Assembly: GCF_026210795.1 (NCBI RefSeq)
Contig: NC_089433.1
Location: 2,790,001 to 2,854,000 of the forward strand
Source: Rhizophagus irregularis
Taxonomy: Eukaryota
DNA: 64,000 bases
Reading direction: 5' to 3'
Both the position numbers and the translations under genes were made by a program. The notes under the pieces are model-generated. The model had not been told where the DNA came from, searched no databases, and saw nothing but the letters and a program-made list of their open reading frames with translations. Positions 37,826 through 50,436 of the stretch are shown piece by piece. How positions within the stretch are numbered: the stretch's first letter is position 1; every line of letters starts with the position of its first letter.

Positions 37826-39241
37826 ATGACAAATAACAATTACCCTCTGCTTTCGTTTTAAAGATGATGATGGCAGTAATGATTTTTCACTCAATATTAA
37901 CACTCAAATAACGCAAACTGTTGATGATCTTAAGGATGCGCTTATAAGAGGGAGGCGTGTTACTTACAACAATGTTACAACAATAGATGTTAGAGATTTT
38001 TTCCCTGAAACCCCGACATTAATCAAGCACATGTTTTCATATACATCCATAGTTAGTACTTTTATTCACATTATGTAACCGATATATTCGCAATTTATGC
38101 ATTAGTTGCTACTTCCGGTGACAATTTAACTTATCGAATGAAAAGCGGGTCACGTACAACGATGCAATGGCTATGCGACATAATAAGAATCATGAAAATG
38201 TTACCGTGAACAGACTCAAAGAAAGCTATCAAGGAGGAAAAAGCACCCGAGTTTGATAATTTCGCTGTAGACAAACTTAAATGAAGAAAACGAAAACTCA
38301 AGGTGGATACTGGAGAAACTTAGCAAATATTTCCTTCCCGCCAACTGACGAGCACATACATATAATCGTACAGCGCCTGTTGAAACGAAAGAGTTTCACT
38401 GCACCGCAACGTATGGGCGTAAGAGTGTGATTTTTCAATGGACAGTGACCCGAGAAATGGTGACGTTGGAAGATTTTAAGAAGAAGCTTGTGATATTTAA
38501 CGTTTCCGGATGGGCATATTGTAATAGGTCGTGTAATAGGTGGCGCTTGCTTGAAGAATAAATTTCAATAGATAAAATGCGTAAAAAATTAGACCAGGCA
38601 AGTTCAAGTTCCCAGAGTGCAATAGTAGAAAGTGACACGGTGGTGATTGCGACAGGGCGTAAAGTTATTAAATTTTCTGCTGACGGGGAATTATTGAGCA
38701 TTATCTGGACTGCTAACCCAAAGGTGGATCTGGAAATAGTTTCTCCTCGTATACTTTCCCAAAGATGAAAGCGCTTTTTGGTTTGAAGGCCGACGATTAT
38801 AATGAACTACCTACTTTTGTTGGAGGTGAGAAGAAAACACCAAAAGAAATCCGAAATCTGGTTATAGGTGAATTTTTGAGATTGCACAAGACATCCCAGC
38901 ACATCACGAGGAATTTATTTCCCGTGTCATTTATGGTGCGGCGTCAATATATGGAGGTGAAATAAAGGTTTATCCCCAGTATGAAATCTCCGGAAGTCAG
39001 GGCAAAGGCCCTAATGTACGGGATTGTATCAACTGCTGTAGATTGGGTAATGATCAAGCTAGTTTCTAGCTCTGATAATAGTGAAGTAAAAGTGGATGTA
39101 TTGTTAAGTTCGTTGTCGTCTTTCCATTACCAATCAACAAGGCTATATTGGCCTTGGTGGAGCCTATCAAGGACTTGTTTGGGTAAATCAAGTGGGTATT
39201 TGATAGCCAGATTGAATCTCAGGAATTATCGAAACGGATAA
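37826..39241 (+). pseudogene. Crinkler (CRN)-like effector pseudogene
   Basis: Fragments translate as ITLCF..DFSLNI..QTVDDLKDAL, AIKEEKAPEFDNFAVDKLK and DEHIHIIVQ (HVLVxxP-like CRN N-terminal motifs). The C-terminal MYGIVSTAVDW resembles restriction-endonuclease-like CRN toxin domains. Multiple frameshifts and stops. Confidence 0.72.
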
Positions 39242-39499
39242 TTAGGATAGAGTATAGCATATTAGAAACTTCGTCATGTACTAAGGGCAAAGTCCCGATC
39301 CTTTGCATTTATTTTTCGCATGTATTAATGTTTCTTGAAGTTATAAGAATAAATTTGAAGCATTTATGTAATCAAGGCAAGGAAATTAATGAAAAATCTG
39401 CCCTCCCGGTAAGCTGTACTTACGAGGGGAATTTTTTCTTGGCAAAATTTCAGCGAACTCGGTTCGCACAAAATCACGTGTTTTATTTTATTTGAATGC

Positions 39500-40620
39500 T
39501 TGTATATAGGTGGAATCTGAGATTGACTTAAACAGGAAAATGCCAGTGAGTCTGGGAAGGCCGAGCTTTTAAAGCAGGTTGCGGAAGAGAGAACCAAGCA
39601 TGAAGTTGAGAATGCCGAGCTCAAAAGTAGAATCGAGGAGTTAGAGAAAGGTAGGACAGATACTGTTGCTGAGAATGGCGGAAGTGGGGATGACAATGAG
39701 GAGAACAAACAGGAAATCTAAGATATTTTTCCCGAAGAGGTTGACAATATACCTAGCTTCATTATAGACCAGTGTGACAATGCCACTTCTACGCCATCTT
39801 GCGTGGGTGATCATAAGTCAATGCTTTCTTGAACGAGGTGCATAAGAAAAGGGCTAGTGACGAGATTAGGCAGAGAAATAGGGAAAAAACTTCAGCATGA
39901 ATCAATTACCTCTAGTAACAAGGTGTCAGAATACTGCATCTACTACTTCTGTTCCCATGAGCGAAAAACGAACAAGGTTTGGTTCGAGAAATAATTTCAT
40001 TCATGGAAGAGAAACACATGACTGGAATTGTTCGCCCAAATAATGAGACTTCAATAGAGAGAAATGAGTCTATATAAAATTGAATGTGATACTAATGTGA
40101 TGCGGAAGTAAATGCAATCGAAGCTAATAAAAAAGAAACATTGCGTTGGTGTTTCTATGCTAGAGAATTCAAGAGCATGTATAAAGATTTTATGGTCAGC
40201 AATAAAGTTGGGAAAAAGAAAGCTAAATGTCAGGGTATATGATTTTATTATCAAACAGCTCCCCGACATCAAGCATGTAAGAAAAACACAGAAAGCTTTG
40301 AGGATTGACAATTTATTCGAAAAAATAGGAATGATCAAGATTCAATACATCAAAACATATAGTGCCGATACTATTTCAAAATTTCTAATTCTCAGATTCA
40401 AACGATTATAGACCGAAAAACCAAATATGGAATTCACTGGTGATCCCAAGGATGAAAAACAAGAAGATGAGCAAAGTATCCCGATCACGCCAATATTTAT
40501 GACGAGACAGCTAAATGGGGCGAAACCTATACCTCATCATTTTTTTTCGAATCTGCATCATGTGAGCAGTGTATGATGGTACCATGTGCGGAAATTGTGA
40601 TGGGTAGTGCGATACATGAA
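39500..40620 (+). pseudogene. Degraded gene with coiled-coil N-terminus (ENAELKSRIEELEK) and helical C-terminal domain (VYDFIIKQLP..LFEKIG..IKTYSADTISK)
   Basis: Coding-like fragments in shifting frames with stops. From memory it resembles a repetitive Glomeromycota orphan family; this is not verified. Confidence 0.5.
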
Positions 40621-40768
40621 TAATTTTTTAATGGTGTGCAAAAAAAATTTTTATCACCGTATTATGTAAATTTAGTTATTAAGTTTTTTTAAAAAGAAGC
40701 GCAATGTAATAATTATAGTAGTTATACAATACTTTTATTTTTCTTACAAAATTGAATGTTCTTTATTA

Positions 40769-41090
40769 CAGCTATTTGCAAAAATAACGGACCACCCATT
40801 TCTCCGAAGATTCATACGCAGTCATACGCAAAGATAATTGATCGGCAGTAATTCTGGCCAAATTATAATTTTGGCCAGAATTATAACGGCTATGCCGATC
40901 ATATCCTTTTTGGTGATAGCCGTTTCACAAATTTTGCTTTTTTCAAAATTCCCTTTAATATTTAATTTCCTAAAATGGAGATTGTAATCCGGTCAAATTT
41001 ATAATTTGGCCAGAATTATACCGCTCTTGTGCGTATGACTGCGTCGGAGAAAAAATGAATTGGGTGGTCCGTTATTTTTGCAAATAGCTG
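40769..41090. mobile_element. MITE (Tc1/mariner-like ends) carrying a nested smaller MITE at ~40843-41022
   Basis: TA|CAGCTATTTGCAAAAATAACGGACCACCCA...TGGGTGGTCCGTTATTTTTGCAAATAGCTG is a perfect 30-bp TIR. Inner inverted ends are TAATTCTGGCCAAATTATAA / TTATAATTTGGCCAGAATTA. Confidence 0.85.
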
Positions 41091-41691
41091 AAAACAATAA
41101 TTAACGCCATTTCTTTAAATAAATATTAAAAAAATATATAACTTTGTACTCCATCATTCGTATTTACCTTAGATTCTGATCCCACGTTCTTAAAAAAGTA
41201 ATTTCAATAATTATTAAAAAATAATTTACAACTTACGAATATATTAATGTATTTTGAACAATTAGAATAATTATATTTTTTCTTTCTTATTTAAACATTT
41301 TAAATCAGCGAAGATAATTAATTTATTACGTTAAAACAGATAGTACAAAAATAAAATATATGGCATTATTGATACGGAAATAATAAACCGAGATAAAATA
41401 AAAAATTCTGTACGATACAAAAATTGTACGAAATTGAAGAAAACTTACTATAAACATATAATGATATAAATGCTAATGGTATTACAAATAAATACATTCG
41501 TTTTTATCCTTATATTCTGTAGTACCTAGGGGTTAGATCAACTCAAATGTTACACAGACTGATCAGTGATCGGCTGATCGCCAGATTATGTAAATTACTA
41601 ATTCCCTAATAAATATATTAGCAAAAACCTTTTTTTTCGGTCCCGAGGGGTGTGACTATAAAGGGGGCCGACTGTATGTATTTGTACTGTA

Positions 41692-42595
41692 CAGTGTGTT
41701 GCAAAAAAAACCGGAATCATGACGATCTCACCAAATTGTACGTAAAATAGCTTATTTGAAAGATGGAAACCCATTGATTTTATCAATAATAAATTAATAT
41801 GGAATTTATTTTAGTAATTTTTCTATAATTAAGCTTATAATTATATTTTTCTTATTTAAAAATTTTTTATAACTATTTTAGAGCAAATTTATATTTTTTT
41901 TGCATAATACTTAATATTATAAAAAAATTTTTTTTTATTCGCAATTTTCCCATTTATCTTGATAAAATTTGAGAAATTTCTAGTGAATTTGCATCCATTT
42001 TTTAATTTAAGAATTTCATGTCAAATTTTTCTTTAAAATCAACATTTGTAGTTAATTTTCTCAAAAAGTAAAAATGTACTAGAGTCCTAAATAATGTCAA
42101 AATGTAGCCCCAATATTCAAGTTTATTTTGCATTTTAAATGATAAAAATTGGTTTTGTTTTAAGTAAACTACACGCATTTTTGTAATTTGAACCATTTAT
42201 TAGCATTTTTTACTATATACCGAAATTGTGATAATTTATAGAATAAAACTCTCATCATTTTATCATAAAGGTTTATTTATTGCAATTTTTTTTTGATATT
42301 TATTTTTTGGCATTATTCTTAATAATATTTGAGTATTTTAAATTAAATCTAATCCACCAATGTTTTATAAACGTAATTTAATTTTCTGTTATATTTTTTA
42401 ATTTGAAATAAATAATTATTGCTGATTTTTTCAAAAGATAATGAAATGTTTATAACTTCAAAAGATATCAAAATGTAGCCTTGGGTCTCAGGTTTATTAT
42501 ACAATTTACATAATGTAAATTGAATTTATTTTGGGCGTATTAACATGCATTTTTATTACGTGAACAGTTTTCCGGTTTTTTTTTGCAACACACTA
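41692..42595. mobile_element. Non-autonomous Tc1/mariner-type element
   Basis: TA|CAGTGTGTTGCAAAAAAAAACCGGA ... TCCGGTTTTTTTTTGCAACACACTA|TA, with TA target duplication. Confidence 0.85.
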
Positions 42596-42982
42596 TAAAT
42601 TACTGTGTTTAAAGTGAAAGATCTACCGATAATCAATATAATCTATGAAAAAAAATGATAAATCGGTAATGAAACTGCACGAAAATATTACTTTTTTTCG
42701 AAATATTCTGTCTATATTTTTTAAAATTTTGGATCGGCTGTTTGAAATACCTCAAAAACATATAAAATTTTATTACACACTTGAAAATAATACATAATAA
42801 AAGAAGAAAAGGCTATTTTAAAACGTTTTACATAAAAATATTTAGTATATACTTGTTGAAATCTCGAAAAAAAGGATATAATTTTATCTTTCTATCATAA
42901 AAGAGTAAAAAACATATAAAATTAAGAACAAAGCAACCAGTGATCTAATTTTAATGAAAAAACTTCGCCTATATAAAGCTAG

Positions 42983-45554
42983 TGTTACCGAATAATGACA
43001 GTAATTAAGGGACGAATGGCGGATGACTTATATCGTATAACTACACGAATACCAACAAAATTCTTACTCAATACTACCTATCCAAGGTACTTCCGGTATT
43101 GTTCGTTAAGAATCGTCAAGGTAAACACAAATATAACGATTTTATTAAACAGGTGTAAATTCGGATCTTTACAACAAAGTGATAAAAAGTGACAGAAAGG
43201 GATAGGAAATATATCTTAAAGATATTTAACGACAAAATAACTACAGAAAAATAGCTATATGGTAACTACTCTATCAAAGAGTTGGCGGAAGGTGTATTTA
43301 TATCTTATTTTATCTAACCGTCATCTCTTTTTCCTGTCATCAAGGCAAAATCTAATCTATAGATGTCTATTGATGGGTTATTGATTTCGTAATATATCAA
43401 TACAATTACAATACGATTATAAGCCATTTTTAATAAAGTACAAATGATAATTTTAGACGGTTAATTACTATTGAGCTGGCTCTTCCTATTGCATCCGCTA
43501 ACGTTTGATCCCCAAAGGGCTTTACCGCCATATAGAGCTCAGGTTGCAATCCAGAAACAAATTTCCAAGCTTGTAAATTATCGGGGTAGGCGAAGGCGGC
43601 ATCGTTAACTCGTTGATATAGTTCCTGGATAGACGAGGCATACTCATCCACGCTTTCGTTCGGTTGTTGCTGTCTCTGATCTAACTCAGTCGCCCACATC
43701 TCTACCATAGCCGCAGTTCGGAACCGAGTAAGGAAGGCATGTTCGAAGTTGTTAACGTTGGCTGCTGCTGCCCAAGCGTTAATAGGCGCCAATACCGCTG
43801 CTTGATACCAAACGGCAGCTGGTCCTTTTAAATAAGCGGGGACAACTTGTAGTTTTCGTGCGTCGTTCCATCCATTAGCCGTCGCAGTTGCATTAAACTC
43901 GTTTAACCAGGTGATTGGATCTTGGTTTCCTCCGTTAAACGTCGGTACTTGCGCAACGTTATGGTTTCGGTTTTGTAAAGCATTGTTATTCGCGGCTACC
44001 GTTGCGTTTAACGTGTTCATTGCGTTTCCGAGATTATTAGGCGCTAACATTTGTCCTGTCAAGGCCTGTACGGCTGCTGTCAAGGCTTGTATATCTGCTT
44101 GGTTGACTTGAGGAGCTTGGTTGAATCGGTTAGGAGGCTGTCCTTGACCTTGATTATTCTGAAGATTCGACATATTTTCGTCGTCAAACAGGTATTCTAG
44201 GTATAACGGTTCGTTAATAAAAAGAAAATTTCTGGGATATCGTAATATCGGAGAGGTCGGTGGTGTTATAAAAGACAACTCGTATCCTAATGGTTCGTCT
44301 TCGTGCTGATAACAAACAAAAGGGTCAAGGTTGAAGTTCTGAAACCTTTCACGAGCGGTATATATCTTGATGGCTAAACGGTCGTAAGATAACGAGGCGT
44401 TTTGATATCTAATACTTGATATTAATTTTCGTATAAGATATTGCTGTCTTAATACCGTTCCTTGGCTATATTCGTAGAAATATTGGACTGTTTTTGCAGA
44501 ATAAGATAACGTGGGAATCTCTAATGAATACCAGTTCCAAAATCGTAGGAAATATCGGTCTGGTATTGTGAGAACGGGATGACAAATACAACAAGAATCG
44601 TCTGCTAATTCAAATAGGGGAATATTAGGGTATATCCGGTGTAACTGATCGTGGCGTTTCAGGAGATTTCTATTGTTCATACAATAGGAAAGATTATCCT
44701 TTGTTGTCAACTCAATTCAGGGGTAATCACACGGTCAATTTTTGTTAGTTTCTGGCAGAAGGCACCAATTGTTACCGAATAATGACGGTAATTAAGGGAC
44801 GAATGGCGGATGACTTATATCGTATAACTACACGAATACCAACAAAATTCTTACTCAATACTACCTATCCAAGGTACTTCCGGTATTGTTCGTTAAGAAT
44901 CGTCAAGGTAAACACAAATATAACGATTTTATTAAACAGGTGTAAATTCGGATCTTTACAACAAAGTGATAAAAAGTGACAGAAAGGGATAGGAAATATA
45001 TCTTAAAGATATTTAACGACAAAATAACTACAGAAAAATAGCTATATGGTAACTACTCTATCAAAGAGTTGGCGGAAGGTGTATTTATATCTTATTTTAT
45101 CTAACCGTCATCTCTTTTTCCTGTCATCAAGGCAAAATCTAATCTATAGATGTCTATTGATGGGTTATTGATTTTGTAATATATCAATACAATTACAATA
45201 CGATTATAAGCCATTTTTAATAAAGTACAAATGATAATTTTAGACGGTTAATTACTATTGAGCTAATTTCCCTACAATAACTTCTAATAAAATCTTATAT
45301 ATAAACAATACAAATAAAGAAAATAAATAATATAAATAAATTATCTAAATAAAATAAAATAACTATAAAAACGATATATAAGTAAATCTATCAAACAAAA
45401 TCAATATCTTTAATATAGTTAACCGATATACACAAATCATATATCGGCGTAAATCGTCTCATAACACCGGAAATCGACATGTACACAAATGTACCGAATT
45501 TCATCGGATCACCATATAATATCGGAAATCACATGCGCAAAAATTCGCGTAACA
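42983..45554 (-). mobile_element. Internally deleted Ty3/Gypsy-type LTR retrotransposon (full 5' LTR 44770-45554; truncated 3' LTR 42983-43477; gag only)
   Basis: Termini TGTTAC...GTAACA; 4-bp TSD CTAG on both sides; 495-bp direct repeat at offset 1787. PBS TGGTGCCTTCTGCCAG lies next to the 5' LTR on the minus strand. No pol. Confidence 0.92.
43430..44680 (-). CDS. gag: Retrotransposon Gag (capsid) ORF, C-terminally truncated and fused to LTR sequence
   Basis: VPTFNGGNQDPITWLNEF..NGWND..PAYLKGPAAVWY and QQQPNESVDEY..FVSGL are Ty3/Gypsy capsid motifs. The last ~15 codons come from the LTR. Confidence 0.85.
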   Translation of the reverse strand: MNNRNLLKRHDQLHRIYPNIPLFELADDSCCICHPVLTIPDRYFLRFWNWYSLEIPTLSYSAKTVQYFYEYSQGTVLRQQYLIRKLISSIRYQNASLSYDRLAIKIYTARERFQNFNLDPFVCYQHEDEPLGYELSFITPPTSPILRYPRNFLFINEPLYLEYLFDDENMSNLQNNQGQGQPPNRFNQAPQVNQADIQALTAAVQALTGQMLAPNNLGNAMNTLNATVAANNNALQNRNHNVAQVPTFNGGNQDPITWLNEFNATATANGWNDARKLQVVPAYLKGPAAVWYQAAVLAPINAWAAAANVNNFEHAFLTRFRTAAMVEMWATELDQRQQQPNESVDEYASSIQELYQRVNDAAFAYPDNLQAWKFVSGLQPELYMAVKPFGDQTLADAIGRASSIVINRLKLSFVLY

Positions 45555-46881
45555 CTAGCATATACAACCTTGACTTCTGGGATAGATAAAATATGTGGAA
45601 AAATTAACAGATAATATAAATAAGATTTGTCACTTTATTTATTTATAGTTTTGTACATTATCTGTTATGCTTTAATTACATATTAATTATTATTTATTAA
45701 CTATTCCGAGGTATTACTTAATGGAAAAACTCCCCAACTAAGCGCCACAGCTCCTTTAACAATTCGATTTTCGACTTTATGCAAAAATGCTATGAAACAA
45801 TAATTATTAATTATTTTGGATAACAAAAAGAATACAACTATTAATTAATATTTTCTTTTTGAATACCCGTGTAACTGTAAAAATGGCAAATTTAGTTAAA
45901 ATCGTGGGGATTTACAATTAACTTTCCAGAAATGCTACGTTCACGTGATTTGGTGCCGATCATTTATCTTCCCCAGTAACACCACCTAGGGGATAGATAA
46001 ATAACGGGGCCAACTCAGCGTTACACAAGTTAGTGGTCATGACCGAACTGTAAATTTATAAGAAATCATAATGTTTTTAAAGTGGAAGATCGACCAATAA
46101 TTTATTTTAATTTAATAAAAAAATTTTTCTGCTATGCAATTTTTTCAAAATATCGTTTCTATATCCTTTAAAAATACGATCAAGCTTTTAAAATACCTCT
46201 AAACCATAGAAAATTTATTATACATTTGAAAATATTATAAAATAAAAGAAGAAAACCTATTTTTGAATGTTTTAAATAAAAATAATTATATGTCACCGGT
46301 CACGTGGAGTGAAATTTTATAAAAGTGACGTAGGTGAATCCGATCATTTCTAAAAGTGTACATCAGCTCTTCAACGAACGCTCCGGTTTTCATCTCAAAT
46401 TCGCTAGTGTTGGTAAAATTTCGTTATAAAGAGAGTTCTTTATATCGAGAGTTGACTGTATACTCATGATAATCAGTAGTTAATATTTTTATTTTAAAAT
46501 TAAGACAATGACGGGAGCCATACAAGTCTGGAGCTGGGCGTGGTCACGTACAAAAGATGCTAAGTTCTAACACCAAGTATAAACCCAACCCTCGCGAAGA
46601 TCGTACTGTACTGCCTTAAATGATAATAGTTAATACCTATAATACTGTACTTAAGTACGTGCGAATTTTAAAATCATGTGGAATGCTCTAATCAACGTTG
46701 ATCGACAACGACATGGTACAACTCAACAAGTATTTAGGTTTTATTTTATTTTTCATAAATTCAAATTTTCCGTTGCTTTACGTTAACATGACCCTAACTT
46801 TTATCCTATATTATTAATAAACTGGTTAAACTGAGACTATTAATATAATATTTATATTTCACATTACAGTACTTTAATGTT

Positions 46882-47230
46882 AGTATCACAAAAGTTCTAA
46901 CGGAATAAAAGCTAGAATTTTTTGATTACTTTAAAAATTGTAAGATAAGATAAAAAAAAAATTTTTTAGTTTAATCCAAAAAATAAAAATTTTTTTTTTA
47001 TTATAAATCCCTACTTTTCGCACTATGTAAAATTTTCTTCTATTTTTAATATGCCTCATTTATAAAATCATGAAACTATTTGAGTTTACCAAAGTTTATT
47101 ATTATTTTTTTTTATTTATTTATTATTAATTTTATTGAAAATATACAATTTTTAAGACTTACTGATGCCAAATTTAACGAACTCAACGTAACTTGTGCAT
47201 CATATGCAGTAATTGTATCACATCCGTTAA
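46882..47230. repeat. Dispersed repeat, second copy at ~48158-48460
   Basis: Shared GTATCACAAAAGTT(T)CTAACGGAATAAAA, TTACTTTAAAA.TTGTAAGATAA, AGTTTAATCCAAAAAA and TTTATTGA.AATATACAATT. Confidence 0.75.
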
Positions 47231-47799
47231 CAAAGGTATTGGAGTTTTGTTATTATAACCGAATATTCTAAGAAACGAATAGGGTCGATATGCTATTGTC
47301 ATACCTGTCTGATGAGATGGTAAAATTTGGTGGACATTAACAAGTTAATGATCATAGTTGTCAGCCATTATGACGTAATCAATTTCATCGAGAATTAGTA
47401 ATCAAAATTATATATAATGAAAATTTTGTGATTAGTCATATGGTGAGTGATTTGGCAGATTTCACTTCATAACAAACCTGTAATAGTGAAGACTATATTG
47501 GTGATGTTTTTATATCAAATTACGCGTCAAGATAATCCCACATCCCACAAATTCCATTAATTTAGAATTTCTATATTTCTATTTCTCGAATTTATCTTAA
47601 CTACATATTATTGAACGAAATTTTGTTTTCGGTCTAATTATATATCTGATTCCAAAATAATTGTGTAACAATTATACTATATTCACATCATAGTTCAATT
47701 TCAGAAGACAAGAAGACAACGAACTATTAACCAAAAGATTCTGAAAAAATTTGTACTAAAATATACATTTGAACTAATTACAAATCCCAAGTTTAATAA

Positions 47800-48125
47800 A
47801 CAAATAATATTTGGGACGAGCAAAAAAATATCTGACGTAAGTTTTGTTACTCCAAATAAGTTGATGATATTATCACTAATGAAATGAAAAAAAAGAACGA
47901 AATTTATATCTTATTTTTTTTTTTAGAAAGGAGTCATTATTATGCTTTGTATACCTCATGAGAAAGTTCCTTAATAGTAGCACTATCAAGATTAAAAAAA
48001 GACTAATTGCACGATATACTTTTCCTAAACCACCTTCTCTAATTTCCTCTATATTGCTAAAATGCTTTATATTCAAATATTTGTTGTTGAATGGATCTTC
48101 ACAATCACAGTTAAATGTTACGCTT
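47800..48125 (-). pseudogene. Protein kinase (tyrosine-kinase-like) N-lobe fragment
   Basis: FSNIEEIREGGLGKVYRA is a Gly-rich loop of kinase subdomain I. The frame is broken immediately afterwards. Confidence 0.6.
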
Positions 48126-49570
48126 CCTATGTACATATAAAAAAAAAATTTTTTATGGTATCACAAAAGTTTCTAACGGAATAAAATGCAATTACACTAT
48201 TTACTTTAAAACTTGTAAGATAAAAAAAAATTTTTTTTTAGTTTAATCCAAAAAAAAAAAAATTTTTAATACTCCTTTTGCTCCATTTATACAAAATAAA
48301 AAATTCCTCTGGGATTTTTTAACATAACTCATTTAAAAATTCTTGAAAATTATTTGAACTTTACTAAAGTTTTTATTTATTTTATTTTATTCTCTTTTTT
48401 ATTTTATACTATTCTTTAATTTTATTTTATTTTATTGAGAATATACAATTATCCGTTAGCAAAAAAAAGAGAAAGACAATTTGTTAAATGGATTTCCTAT
48501 ATATAATACAGAAATGGATTGTATCGATTCGATTCGATTGGTTCATCATTCAATGCCAATTGCCACTTCAGCCACATTTCCTCTTACGTAATAAATATAA
48601 TTTGTATTACTATTTCTTATTATCTTAATTTTTTGTGTGGCAAATTTGTGAAACTTGACTTGAGTTCCTTTTTTAGTCAAATTTTTTTTTTGGCTTTGCC
48701 ACCAAGACAAAAAAAGCATACGTAACGTAAATCACGAGTAAATTAATATCTCGTGACATTTTTATTTATAGTAAATATGTGAAGTTTTACAAACGCAGTA
48801 CTGCAGGAGTATGTTACATGAAGTTTCATGTTATCTTCTTTGAATGAAAGTGTAACATCTTAAAATGGGATATTTTCAATGAACTTGAATGAGCCCTTAT
48901 GAACCAAAATAAGCGTATTGAATGGTTTTCTCTGAGTAATTTTCTCCGAGTCACATTTCAATGTATACAGTCGATTGCTCATTTGCAGATCTAACGATTT
49001 TTTAAAAAATCAATAATAATTTACAAAGATTAAATGACATGTGACGCAATGCGTCATCGTTATATGTTTATATAAACTAACATGTTTTGTCAAATTCGAT
49101 TTATATATTAAAAATTTAGTAAGCGTTGAACTTGCCCAAATTTATTTATTACGATGCTTATATTATTTAATATCAAGCTGGATAAATAATTTAATAAACC
49201 AATTAATATGAAATATTAGCCTTATCTTTGTATGTTATTTTGATGCATCTGTCACTACAGTAATATGATTACTTGAGACCAAATTATATTGTATTTATTG
49301 TATTTAAAAAGAATAAAAAAAAAATAATAGAATGACAAATAAAAAAAAAACATTATCTACTTGAAATAAACAGATAATTAATGTTAAATTCGCTTAAGTT
49401 TTTTCTTAAAAATTATATATTTTTTTTATCACTTACAATCTTACTTTTCATTATACCCTCGTTTTAAGTCTAATAAGTACAAAGAAAAAAAAAGAAAAAA
49501 AAAATATTATACTGTATCGAATTGAATTTTGACTGAGTTGTAGTATCGCGGGATGATATTGTCGAAATAG

Positions 49571-50436
49571 CTATGAAAAGAAATCGTATATCAAATTTAG
49601 TTCGAGATTTAATTTTTGTTGCCAAGTTAATGTAGAGTTGCATTTCAAATCATTTACATCAAAATCAATTCCATAAACCTTCTTGTTTAATATATTTATG
49701 ATCAAAGAAGGGTTTAAAAATTTACAAGTAACATGTCGCGTATTAATAATATCATTTGGAATCTTGCAAAAGAATTCGTAATCGTAATCGATATCGCCAT
49801 TTTGATCATAATTTTGTAAAGTAAGTTTACAAGTAATATTATAGATGTTAAAATCATCTAATGGTTGATAGAATAGTTTAAATTCATAATCTTGCTGTGT
49901 ACTTAGGATTTGGTCTATTGAAGTATTCGAGGGGTCGCTAACAATGATGAATGGATAAAAGTCAATTTAGCATCAAAATAAACGTTAATACAAGTTTAAA
50001 AATTTTAGGACACGAACCTTTTTAAAATTTTCTCTTGTAGAAAAGGAATATCTTGTTTTAAATTGAGCTCGAGATTTAATTTTTGATACCAAGTCAATGT
50101 ATGTTTATGTTTCAGATCATTTGTATCGAAATCAATTTCATAAATTTCCTTATTCAAAATTTTAATAACCAAAGAATGTGGTAATAATTTGCATGTAACA
50201 TAATAACTAGCATCTAAACTCCGATAAAAGAATTCATAATCGTAATCATCGTTGTAACTTTCCGAAAGTTGTAAAATCATCTTAAAAGTAACATGATAAT
50301 AATTATTATCATTTGGTGGTTGATAAAATAATCTAAACTCATTCAACCGTTGCACTGGTTGATAGTTTTGAATAAGTTGAACTCTCATTGTTGATTGGTT
50401 TACCAAATCTAAATCAAGTGCTGCGGTAGAAGACAT
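49571..50436 (-). CDS. Orphan protein (~261 aa, 2 exons) built from two copies of a ~110-aa domain
   Basis: Exons 50436-50018 and 49937-49571 join in frame (AG|GTTCGT...TTAG|C). Both halves read EF.LFYQP..D...Y..T.K..LQ...DYDYEFF...VTCK.L..SL.I.ILNK..Y.IDFD.NDLK...TLTW.QKLNLELNL. Confidence 0.8.

Noticed and set aside
42995..43192. Identical 65-aa ORFs at 42995 and 44782
   Set aside because: They are identical only because they lie in the two LTR copies. There is no independent coding evidence.
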